A stretch of 64,000 bases of DNA from Paragordius varius. Taxonomy: Eukaryota; Animalia; Nematomorpha. Below, piece after piece: positions 38,850 to 50,887 of this stretch. Position 1 is the stretch's first letter. The number at the start of each line of letters is the position of its first letter. The notes below the pieces were generated by a model. That model saw only the letters and a list, made by a program, of their open reading frames with translations, was not told where the DNA came from and searched no databases. Made by a program: the position numbers and the translations under genes. The stretch covers positions 2,108,001-2,172,000 of the forward strand of contig OZ176053.1 in NCBI GenBank assembly GCA_964247055.1, in the 5' to 3' direction.

Positions 38850-40070
38850 ATGACCACCAATTCATTTGCCGCAAAAATGTTTATTCGTTGACGACCTAAT
38901 TTTTTAAATATTGAGAGAAAATCGAAATTGGGCAAAAAGTTAAAATTTAAGGATAATAAAAAAAATAATGATAAAACCTGAGATATTAAGGTTTATTATC
39001 ATTTTATCAGTATTTACAATTTATAAATAGCCTAAAATCATATAGTAAAGGTGTTTTTAAACGAATCGAAAATTGTGTTTTTCCCTTTAACATAATTTAT
39101 ACACAAATTGTTTTTGTGAAACTATTTTAAAATATTTATGTTTTATACAGTAAATAAAAGATATATACCAAAATAAAATTAATAAAAATATTTTTATTTT
39201 TGTCATCTGGTTTATGAGTGTATAATAAACTTACTGTTTTATTTTATATAATTGATTTTTGGGAAAGTTGAAGGAAAGGAAAAAGGAAGACCGATGTGAA
39301 GATGGCTGGACACTGTAAAAAAGGAACCCGGGAGATGTAAAAGTGAATTGAAGGAAATAGCATGAAAGAGATTAATGGAGAAAACTAATCATTTTATTTT
39401 CCAGGGGTTGAATTCGACCAGAGGAAATATTACCTTAGCGGGAATTATAAAGTATACAAATTTATACAAAATAGCATTTACAAGTAATGGAATATCTACC
39501 AAAAATCCGTACGAATCCCAGAAAAAAAATTTGTGTTAAAACTAATTTGTTACCGGAATTTGTACGGATTTTTGGTTGATATTCCACTGTTTTGTAATCC
39601 TTTGTATAAATTTGTATATTTTAAAACTCCCGCTCATGTATAATAATAAAATAGTAAATTTATTGTACTCTCATAAACGACATGACAAAAAATGAAAAAA
39701 TAAAAAACAATATTTTTTAGTTTTATATTGATATATAAGTTTTTTTATTGTGTAAATATGAATGTTTAGATTTTAATAGTGAAAAAATTATTTTAACAAA
39801 GTTCCATAAATATTTTGTTTATTATGTATGTTAAAGAAAAAACACAATATCTGAGTGTTAAAAACCCTAACTATATGATTTTAGGCTATTTATAAATTGT
39901 AAATATCCGATTAAAAATCTTAATATCTCAAGTTTTATCATTATTTTGTTTCACGAATAATCCTTAATTTTCATTTTTGCTCAATTTCGTTTTTCTCTCA
40001 ATATTTAAAAAATTAGTCTGTCAACAAATAGTGGCAAATGAATTCGCTTATAAGCTATCTCAAGATAAAA
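38850..40070. mobile_element. Foldback-type palindromic element (family C), copy 2
   Basis: Homologous to 34205-35467; palindrome centre near 39540; the left arm is interrupted by a LINE fragment. Confidence 0.75.
39258..39390 (+). mobile_element. 5'-truncated RTE-clade LINE fragment (ORF2 C-terminus, in-frame stop)
   Basis: Translates FGKVEGKEKGRPM*RWLDTVKKE, matching the GK(I/V)EG.R.RGR...RWLD motif at the C-terminus of RTE/BovB-type reverse transcriptase ORFs. Confidence 0.7.
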
Positions 40071-42909
40071 AAATTTTCTCAAAAAAAATTTACCCTCTTT
40101 TGGCACACAGAGAAATATTATAGTAAGTTTATTAATTTACCTATATTCATAATAATTTTTATTACATTAAAATGGCTACCAATTTTTCACGTTTAATTTT
40201 ATATAATTGGATATAGTTAAATATGGCTGCAAAATTATAAAATATTATTACCTAAAAAAACTTGTTTTAAAACTTCTACAGTGAAAAATTTTAAGCTAAT
40301 TTTAAATAATTTTAGGGTAAGGGTTGACATTTTATTTTAATATATTGCAAAACAGAGGTGTAGAAAATTATTTAAAGGTTTCCTTTAATGTTATATTAAT
40401 AATATTTTATTAAATATTTTGATTAATATAGCTTGTGACATTTATCAAACTTGTTCTATAGAGTTGCATTTCTCATGAAATTATTTGAAATGACTTAGTT
40501 TTAACCAAAAAGTATCGTGTGTTAATTTGCATTATCATTTTTTTCTGGTTCCAAAGATTTTTCGAATGTAAATATTAAATTTTAAAAAGATATGAACTTG
40601 TACTTTGGATTCAATTATTATTTTTGTAAATCTGCGGAAAACGCGAACAGTGACTACAGTGATTACTAAACAATTTAAATTAAATAAAAAAGGATTATAA
40701 AATTTCAAAAATGAAACAATAAAATTCCAATTTATGAAACAAAAACTAGTGTGGTTTCAAAAATGGAGATGAAATAGGTTTATAGAGAATTCAAATGGTT
40801 TCGGAACGAGTAATAAAATACATTCACAAAATCGGGATGCTGGTGAAATATATATTTTCTGATTAAAAAATGCATTAAGATTTTCATGGTTCGGTTTTGC
40901 ACCTTACGAGAGATTTAAGATAATATTTTCACTTTTGTAATTGCTCCATTTTGAAAAATGACAAAACTAGTGCACATTATATATTTTTTTGTGAAAGCTA
41001 AATGCCATTTTTTAAAAATATCGTTGATATTATCATATATAATGTTTTTATAAAATTTTATTTTTTAGAGTAGGCTCCGAAAGTATCAAATTTTTGACCC
41101 CTAGGCTAGTATAAGCGCAATATGTAGTATAGTAATTCCCTTTTTTGATGAATCCCTCCGAATTAAAAATAAAAAGTCTAGCGCCCCAGATAATGTATAA
41201 TTTATTAAAATGTTATGAAAATCCAAAATAATGAAACCCTGTATCTTCAAATTTGAAATATTTATTCCATATCTGTTAGAAATCTTGATAATTTGCATCT
41301 GAGATCCTAATAAATCTTTAATTTGCTTAGAGTTTAATATTTTAATAAATCTCCAAATCTTTCGCGCCTACGCCTAGATTTTTCTACGCCCCTTGGGAGG
41401 TGTTGCCCCATCCACCCCCCTCCCCCTATTGAGAACTTCTGATGTAGTAAATTATGAAAATTTTATTATTGATAAAATGCATACTAGTTTAATAAGTTAT
41501 TTTTAGCAAAATATTTGATAAATCGTATTTTATGGTTTAAACAATTTTCGATCATTACTCCTAAGGGCCAAAACCAAAAGCACCATGACAATCTTGATAC
41601 ATTTTTCTCTCAGAGTATATATATTTCATTAATTGCGGACACTGTGTTTATGGATAAGATGTAAAATTATTTTAGAAAGTTTAAAATTACATTTTAGCAG
41701 CAAATTTTTATTGATTTGAAAATCAGCTCTTTGTTTACTGGTGTTAAAGCTATAATGTTGACTCTATAATTTCTAAATAAATTTCATTAATATGGAACAT
41801 ACTTTTAAATTTCAGCCAAAACAACGAATATCTCCCTACTTTTTTGCATAAAGGTCTAGCTAGAGCAGTGGTACTGAAACCGTGGGCTACGAGCTTTAGG
41901 GTGCCCTAAAAGTGCTTTCTTATGGGCCTGAATTTGCACTTATTTTAATTATAAATATCTGTAAACGATAGGCTTTTCGGTATTATTGGTGCACGGCCCT
42001 TGAGGCAAAATGTATATTTTTTAGTGATAAGCACTGCTTAAAAGTCTAAAACGGTAAAAAAAGCTTTTTATTTAGATAAACATACATAATACTTCATTAC
42101 ATTTTTTTTGTCTACAATGACATTGGGCAGTTTTCTAATTTAATTAAAGTAGTAAACAAAATATAATGGCTCTATAAATTAATTATTAACTTCTCCTGAA
42201 AACTTAGAGTTTTTAAAGTTTTAAAGTCTAGAATTTATATTAGCTCAAAGCACGATTGAAACAAACAGTAAATGTTAAAAAAAAATATTTGCTGGTAAAT
42301 TGCAATTTGAAAATTTTCCAAAATTAATTATTTAATTTTTGTAACCATAAAAGCTTTTGCATATTGTATTTACAATTTAAAAAAATAAAATGTAAATTTT
42401 TTAACACTACATGACCTTTTGGGGTAATATTATTTCCCAGGGCCATTTAAAATATAAATATCATAAAAAATATTTTTATTATTCCAAATTCAAATATATA
42501 TTTTTAGGCTTTTTCAGGACATGGTATTTTTGTATAGAATGTAAATTTAAAAAATCATCTTTAATTTTTTCGCAGCCATTTTCCTTAAAATTTAATTTAT
42601 TCGTGAATAAAACATATAATCAAGCGTATATTCTGATTGAAAAATATACATAATGAACTTAAAAAGCTTTAAATTTGTAATTTCTCAGCAAATTTTTAAT
42701 AATTATTATATGAATCAGATGTTTATTTCAATCGTATTTTGGATTTATCTGAATTTGGGACTAGAACCACTAAAAATTTCATGTTTTTGGGGTTTAACAA
42801 ATACATTTTAACCAAAGAACTTTAAAAACTGTAGTTTGTTTTTTACTTAAAGCATTGAGGACAAAAACATACCCCAAAATGTATAGGTGAAAAAAATATT
42901 AAAATTTTA

Positions 42910-43844
42910 CACTTCGATTCAAATTAAGGTTTCTAAATACCCCTGACTAAATTCAAGTTATGATTTTTAAAAAGCTAATAAAGGAAACGGTTCCAATTTA
43001 AATTTATACTTATATTCTAATAAAAATTATAAAAATATGCCAAAATATCTAAATACAATTTTGTTTTGAAATAAAGTTCCTTATCAAACAATTTGGACGC
43101 CATTTTTATTTTACAACATTTTTGCAATATATCGTGATTATTTGAATACCAAAAATTAGTTTACTTTTTATAAAATCACATATAACCTTGATATAAAGAA
43201 AAAATGTGGTATATTTTGCATTATTTTTACATTTAGCTTATGACATGAAATGTTGGGTAAATTTTTACTTTTGTGTTTTGCCTCTGACTAATTAATATGA
43301 AGTATTTTTTAAAATATTTTTCCGATATGAATGTTGTATAAGTGCAAACTTTTGCCATATACGATTTACAGTTCAAACTCACCCTTAAACAATTCAAATT
43401 CACCCTTAAACAATTCAAATTCACCCTTGAACAATTCAATCTCACCCTCGAACAATTCAAATTCACCCTCAAATAAATAACATGTTTTTTAAGATTAAAA
43501 ATTACCTTTATTTTAATATATTTTTATAAATAAAATTTTGTTTTATATTAAAATAATACTGAAAAAAATAATTAATTATGCCATAAAGATATATATTATA
43601 TTAATAATGAGTTATATTAGTTCGAAAACAGATAATTTATTTTTAGGGTGAATTCGAATTGTTCGAGGGTGAATTTGAATTGTTCAAGGGTGAATTTGAA
43701 TTGTTCGAGGGTGAATTTGAATTGTACAAGGGGGAATTTGAACTGTAAATGGTATAGTTTCAATTTATTCCAATTTTTTTAAAATATTTAATTATAAACA
43801 AGCCTGGAGTATCTAACTACCGCAATTCAAAAGACTGAAATGAA
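42910..43844 (+). repeat. Interspersed repeat (family I), copy interrupted by a family B MITE
   Basis: Colinear with 62808-63315 (CACTTCGATTC..., AAACGGTTCCAA, TTGGACGCCATTTT, AAACAAGC.TGG). Confidence 0.75.
43360..43754. mobile_element. MITE family B, complete, five 21-bp units per arm
   Basis: TA[CGATTTACAG...CTGTAAATGG]TA; five TTCAAATTCACCC(T)TGAACAA-type units in each arm. Confidence 0.85.
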
Positions 43845-44147
43845 GGCGTTTTCTTGAAGTGAAAGTGTTAAAATTAGGAAAAATGGCTGCGAAGTTGGAA
43901 TTGATGTTTTTTATATAATTTTACATTTAAATATTTATTTCATGCGCCTAAAAGGCTAAAGATAGCATATTACTAATTTCCAAAGTGAAAAATGTTTAAG
44001 ATATTTATATTTTAAACACCTTGATGTATTACACTACACCAGAAGGGCTATAAAGTGTTAAAATAATAGATTGAAACCTGCATGGGTACATAATTAATTG
44101 TGAAAACAGATAAATTACCATTTTATGTAAGTACCTACGCATTGATC

Positions 44148-45466
44148 ATGCCAGTCGCAAGTAGTATTTTTCAGGTTAGTTTAAATTTTGTATGTTTTAG
44201 CCACCCTCTTTATACATTATAAAAGCCATAATAATTTTGGATAATGACGGGAAAAGACTTTTATCTAAGGTATTTTTATAAACCATATTAGTATTACGAC
44301 GAAAATCTTGCAGGAACTAAGGAACAAGATAAATTTGAGAAAAACCTATTTACGAAAACCTATCGTGCAAATTGTATCCACTAAAATATATATGTATTTT
44401 AGCTGAAATTATTATGTTGGATAAATATATATGTCTATATAAGAGCAATGTTGACGTGTATTTTTATGTTATTGGTGACCAAAACGAAAATCCAGTTTTT
44501 ATTTTAATTTTTTATATCATCCTATCAGATTTTGTTACTTAATGTATTAAACACCGTGTATGACACTATAAATATGATTTTACGGAAAAATTTGGAGAAA
44601 AAATATTTCTTAGAAAATTTAGATATGATGTTTCTTGCCATTGATGAAATTTGTGATAGGGGGTATTTTTTGGCTATAATCAATTATTCTTAGAATATTT
44701 ATGGCTTCGTCAGCAGGAGCCGTTGCTCAGCAAGTTATGTTGAGGTCAGAAGATGTTCCCTTAACCGAACAGACTATGGCTCAGGTAAATTTTTCATATT
44801 TTAGAGGGGTTTTTAAAGTCAAATTTCTGCTTATAATTTATTTGGTAAATAAATACCAATAGTTTTATCATTTATTTATCATCTTTTAAATTATTTTTGT
44901 CAATGTAATTAGCTTAATTAAACGGCATTAAATTTATTATGTTTAATTGCTCTCTATTTTAGTGTTAAAAGTCGTTTATTAAAACATAAAAAAAATAGCC
45001 CGAATAAGCTGATACTGTTATAATTGAAATTTACAGACAAAATAATATAAAAACATAAATCAAATATTTTTTTCTAAAGAGTACCTAAAATCTGATTTTA
45101 TTAAATATTACTCCTAATTTAGATAGCAGTTAATGGATTATAAATGTGATAAATTTGAATTTAAATAAATAATTTGATTTAAAATTAAAAAAAGTATGGG
45201 TTTATTTAAAAAAACATTTGTCTTTATGTTTTGACGTTTAATCTCTTTGTACGATTTTGATTTTTACTTTAAAATACCTAGGATTTGTTAATTAACGCTT
45301 TAAGTGAAAAAACTGGTTGACTGTAAATTTAATTATTCTTTTGACTGTAAGGTTAAATGCAATATATCTAATTAACAGTTTCAATTAAAATGATAGTTTT
45401 AAATTTTTTATTTTTTAGGTGTTTCAAGCTGCTAAAGATCAACTTAAATACCATCTTATGAAGTGA
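44148..45466 (+). CDS. COPZ1: Coatomer subunit zeta, 7 exons, 180 aa
   Basis: Exons 44148-44174, 44201-44269, 44292-44373, 44403-44494, 44529-44662, 44694-44784, 45419-45466 (543 nt). Protein includes [65 protein letters not shown] and DVPLTEQTMAQVFQAAKDQLK, matching zeta-COP. Confidence 0.95.
45011..45269. mobile_element. MITE family A (diverged) in the last COPZ intron
   Basis: Degenerate family A TIRs. Confidence 0.55.
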
Positions 45467-46540
45467 TGTAGTTGTAAAATGCATATTTTCCACCACAAAA
45501 AATTAATAATTTATTTTTTCATACTACTATCCAATAATAAATTATTATTTTGAGCTGATATATAATAATGGGATAAACAAATTTTAATTTTTGGTTCGAT
45601 TTCACCGCTATTCACTTCAATGTAAGGTTTACCATCTAAACTGACCTTACACATGGCACAACAAAAGCAATGCGGATGATAAAATTTGGAATGTTGTAAT
45701 TCAATAATCTAAAATAAATTAAATAATGAAAGTTTAAATTGTTTAAGGATCTTACACAAAAATCTTTTTTTGGAAAAAATTTGTGGTTCTCTTGTTTTAT
45801 TGCAAAAATAATAGTCACTATTTTGTGTTAAACAAAAATAATTTATTCTTTTTATAAAAAAATAGGATCACCCAAAAATCGGTAAATGAATAATAATTGA
45901 GTAAGTGAAAAGAAATAGCGTATAAAAATTAAATTTTTTTGGATCACAGTATAAAACTATTTATTTGCGATATTCGAAAACTATTTACCATAACAAAAAA
46001 ATTGGTTATAAATAATTCGCCTAATTTACAAGCAAAAAATAAAAAAAAACATACTTTGTCCAAAATAAGGTTATGACAAGCATCACATTCGTGTAAACCT
46101 TCTTTAAACCCAATAAACTATTGGTAATGAATTATCATTCAAAAAAACATACTAAATAATCGATTTCACAATAATTTTTTCCATTAACAGTGTAATAAGA
46201 CATATCTTTCAACGGTTTTTGGCATATAACACAGGTAAAACAGAGATCATGGTAATATTTTTCACCGGCATAAATTCCGGAATCAATTAGGTTAGTACCA
46301 CATTTGTCACATGTTTCTTTATTCGCCTAATGAGATGTAAAAATACCAAATCTCAATGGATTCTCCGCAAAAAGCTTTTTCTCAACCTCTTCACTGAGTT
46401 GAGAAACCTTTTTTTCAATTTCAGATATTTGATTATGGTTTACGATTTGACTAGAAAATATCATGACTTTTTGAAAATAATGTGGAAATTCTCAGATGAC
46501 AATCCGAATGAATTGTTTTCAAAAAATTTAAATTTAGTAG

Positions 46541-49500
46541 ATGGATAACGATGAAATTTTAAAAATTCTTGTAGCCTCTGACATTCATTTGGGTTATGCA
46601 GAAAAAGATCCTTTAAGACATGATGATAGTTTCAATACTTTTGAAGAAATTTTGCAGATTGCTCAAAAGTTTTATTTATATTATATGATAGAAACAATGT
46701 AGATTTTTTGTTGTTGGGTGGTGATTTGTTTCATGAAAATAAACCATCACGATCTTGCTTAAATAAATGTATCAAACTTTTACGCTCATATTGTCTTAAT
46801 TACAGTGAACGAGAACCACCTTGTGCGCAATTACGGATAATATCTGATAACCAAATGTAATTTTTTCCTGTATAATTTACATGGAGAATGTTTAATTTTA
46901 CAATTTACCGTTAACTCTTTTTCTTCTATTTAGTATTTGGGTATAAACCAAATTTTTTTGTATAAATTTAGCCGCATTCTTACAGCCTAGCTATTTATAT
47001 GTAAAAAAATTTATGTTAGAATACTAAAATGAACAATTATAAAATTTAAAGCGAGTGCAATTATTTTGAGTTATGCCGAATGTACAATAAATTATTGTTG
47101 AGATACGATAAATTAATAATTTACCAAAGTATTAGATATACTTAATTTTATATTACGTTTTAAATTTACCATAAAATAATTATGTTTTGGGGCCAATATA
47201 ATTATCATTTATATGAAATATATATTTATGGCAGAGCTAATTATTTTTTTCTGTGTTATCTGTAAATTTTAAACGAAATTTTAATTTATATAAAAATATA
47301 GGTACTTTTTGTTTGATACTTAATTACATACAATTCAGATTTAAATTTTTTTAATTGTTCAAGGGTGAATCATAGTTTTTTTCTGTATAATTAAATCATT
47401 GTGCTATTATAAAATTTATTCAATTTTATTTTCATTGTTTTTATCGTATAGCTTTGGAGCCAATTACCATGCGAGTGTGTTTGAGAATAACACTATATCA
47501 CATTACAATTATTTAGATCCCAATCTAAATATCACACTTCCCGTTTTTAGTGTTCATGGGAATCATGATGATCCCTCAGGCCGGGATAATTTATCCGCCA
47601 TCGATTTATTGGCATCGGCTGGTTTGATAAATCATTTCGGTAGTATCTATGAATCGGCACATTATAAATTCCTTAATGCCAACATTGCTACCAACACTGA
47701 AAAAAATGGAAATGGAAGGCAAATAACGACCCAGGCCCCGACTCAACTATCAAATTTGGAGAAGATTGTTATAAGACCGCTGTTTTTTCAGAAAGGTTTG
47801 TTTTGTTTTTTATGAAAAAAAGAGATTATAGTATAGTAAAAATTAAAATTTATTGTTAATTTATTGAATATTGCTATGAAAAAGCAATTTATTTGCCTAA
47901 AGATAACAATACAATATAGGTTGAATTTAAATTTATTACTAATTCAGTGAATAATGTTTTATCGGATAATAGTAAATAAAAAGGGAAAATAGTATTCGGG
48001 TTAATACTAGCAATGCTACTTATACTGTATTTAATGAATACAGTAAATGGCTAACATTATAAGGACAAAACATAAGTTGCATTATTAACTTGTTAAACTT
48101 TGATCTAAATAAACCCCCAATTTTTTCCATATAACATATTGATATGGATAATTGGCAAATAAGGTATTGAGTTATGTAAATTGGTTACACACGTTCAATA
48201 TTAAATTTCACAATGAGTATAATCATAGTGGTTAGATAGAAAATCATAGATTTTTTTTATAAAATAGATTTTTTATAAAAAAACAGATTGTTCGTTTACT
48301 TTATTTGGTTTGCTTTTATGATTTATAATAAAAAAGTTTTCTTTTTGTAAAAAATTTTATAAAAAACTCAACTTTTTTCGCAATAGTAGCAATTCAAAAT
48401 GTGTAATTTATGTTTTATACTCTTTTAAAGTTTTTAAGTAATGAATGAATATGACTTATTATATTACCTTAAATAAAGTATTACACTGTAAAGATTTTTT
48501 ATTTTGCCAAACCTATATTTTAGGGAATACCAAAGTTGCACTTTACGGTTTAGGATCCATAAGAGATGAACGGCTACACAGGTAAGTTTTATATTACACT
48601 GCGATCACCGAAATTATAATGATTAAATTAAAATCTATCCTTATGTTACACGCCCCTTATAATATATATATATATATATATATACATACATATACGTCGT
48701 AGATTGTTCCTTAATAAAAACGTCACATTTTTAAAACCGCCACCATCATTAAACGAAAATAATATCGAAAATATAAATGGACCAAAAGAAAATGAAAATG
48801 GGCTGGTTGATAATACCCTAAATCACACTCATAACCTTGCTGATAATGATAATATAAATGATTCTGAATATTTCAATCTTTTCGTGATCCATCAAAATAG
48901 GGTAAAACATGGCCCCACCAATTATATCCCCGAATACTTTTTAGACGAATTTTTGGATCTTGTTATATGGGGCCACGAACATGAGGTTTTTCATCACATA
49001 ACTTGATATAGTAAATTGTAAATTAAACATAAAAGAAAGACAAAATAACGTTAAAACCAATGAGTGCACTATCATTTATTTTTTTAACAAAAAATCCATG
49101 TTTTTTCCCATTATTCTTTTATTTTGGGTTGAAAAATAGGGAATTGAGAGAGATGTACAGTATGAGTAAGTGTATATCTTTCTAGAAAGTTATTAATTCT
49201 TGTCGAATAGCATATGCAGCAAGGAAAATTATTATTGGCTAATAATAGTAAAAAGTGAAAAAAATAATTATAAGCCAATAATATTGCCCTTTGTTGTACA
49301 TGGCTATTTGGCAATAATTAATATTTTTCTAGCAATGTATACTTACTCATACTGTAAATTGGAACACCACACTCAATTATATTATCCATAATTGTAATTG
49401 TTTAGGTAGGTTATAGATAAATGATTTAAAGTTAATATTGGCTATTTTTTCACAATAAATTGTTTTTATTTTTTTTACACTTTTTGTCTTTGTTTTTACT

Positions 49501-50836
49501 GCAAGTATGCTAATTTGTGTTAACAATTAATTTTTTACATTTATGATAAATTTATTGTGTGACTATGGAAAATTTTAAAGTATGTATAATTACCTTAAAC
49601 TTTTACTCTATTTGTTTTTTAATATATATATATATATATATCCATGGAAACAATAATTAATTACATGTTTTAAAAGAAAATATTACTTTTGAATATAATT
49701 AATGGAAGGTTAGAGTTTATTATATATATATCTAATAAATTTTCAAAACATATTTAATACATATGCTGCTTTATGCCAAATTTGCTCTAAATACTAACCT
49801 AGGTTTCCATTTTCACATATTTATTTCTTTTTATTTTAATTTGTGCTCAACAAAAGTGCCTCATTGATCCCGAATGGAATGCAGAAAAGGGATTTTTCGT
49901 TTCTCAACCGGGCAGTTCTGTAGCCACTTCCTTGAGTGTGGGGGAGGCTGTACCCAAACATGTCGGATTGCTACAAATTAAACAAAAGTATATCAGTCAC
50001 CCTTTATTTTATAAAAAAAAATTTTTCGTTAAATAAGTGGTTATAAATATTTGGTAAAATAATGGAAAAACAGAGCTCTATGGTAATTCTTATACTTTTT
50101 ATGATGAGAATATGATATTGTTAATACCATAGAGCTCTTGTTTTTTCCATTTTTTAACAAATATTATTTATGCCTATTTAACGAAAGAAAATAAATTTTT
50201 GATAAAATAAAGGGTACATGAAAAGCGATATAAATTTTTGTTAGTATATTACATAGTTAAAACATAATTTGAAATTATATATACAGTATGCATTTTAATG
50301 GTTGCTTATTTCACACTGTAGGGCAATTCGCAATTCAAGATTGTATTATCGAAAAAAAGAAGGGAAATAATTGATTATTTAACATTTTGTTTTTTCTATA
50401 CATTACTGTGTTGTGCAAATTGTCCTACTATAGTGTGAAATAAGCAATTATTAGAATGCATAATATGAAAATAATGGTAGCAAAAGGCAACCATATATAA
50501 GGGATAGATAAAAACGAAAATTGACTTGGAAAAAGTTTTCTAAAATTTGTTGTAAATTGGGGGTTAAATATGAGCGTTTATAAAAAACTACTAGTTAAAA
50601 CACTTTCAAAAAAATGACCATTCATTTAAGTAAAACTGAAATATAATATAATATGAAATGGTAATTTTTATCAGCATTAATTAACTTAAGTTACTTTGGT
50701 TTATTATAAATTATATTTCACATCTGTGATAGGGATTTCTGCCTAATACTGCTTTCATCTGTGGTCAGATTGGTGTTTTATAAACTTTAAAAGCCAATAA
50801 ATTGAACCCAAGACTCTATCTTTATTTCATAAATAC

Positions 50837-50887
<51 letters not shown>

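Noticed and set aside
41866-42036. Further hAT-like MITE (CAGTGGT...AGCACTG)
   Set aside because: The TIR is only 7 bp with a mismatch and there is no convincing TSD; too weak to list.
46530-46543. TTTAGTAG immediately before the MRE11 ATG as a trans-splice acceptor or operon with COPZ
   Set aside because: The intergenic gap is about 1.1 kb, and an ordinary 5'UTR intron or chance explains it equally well; there is no positive evidence.
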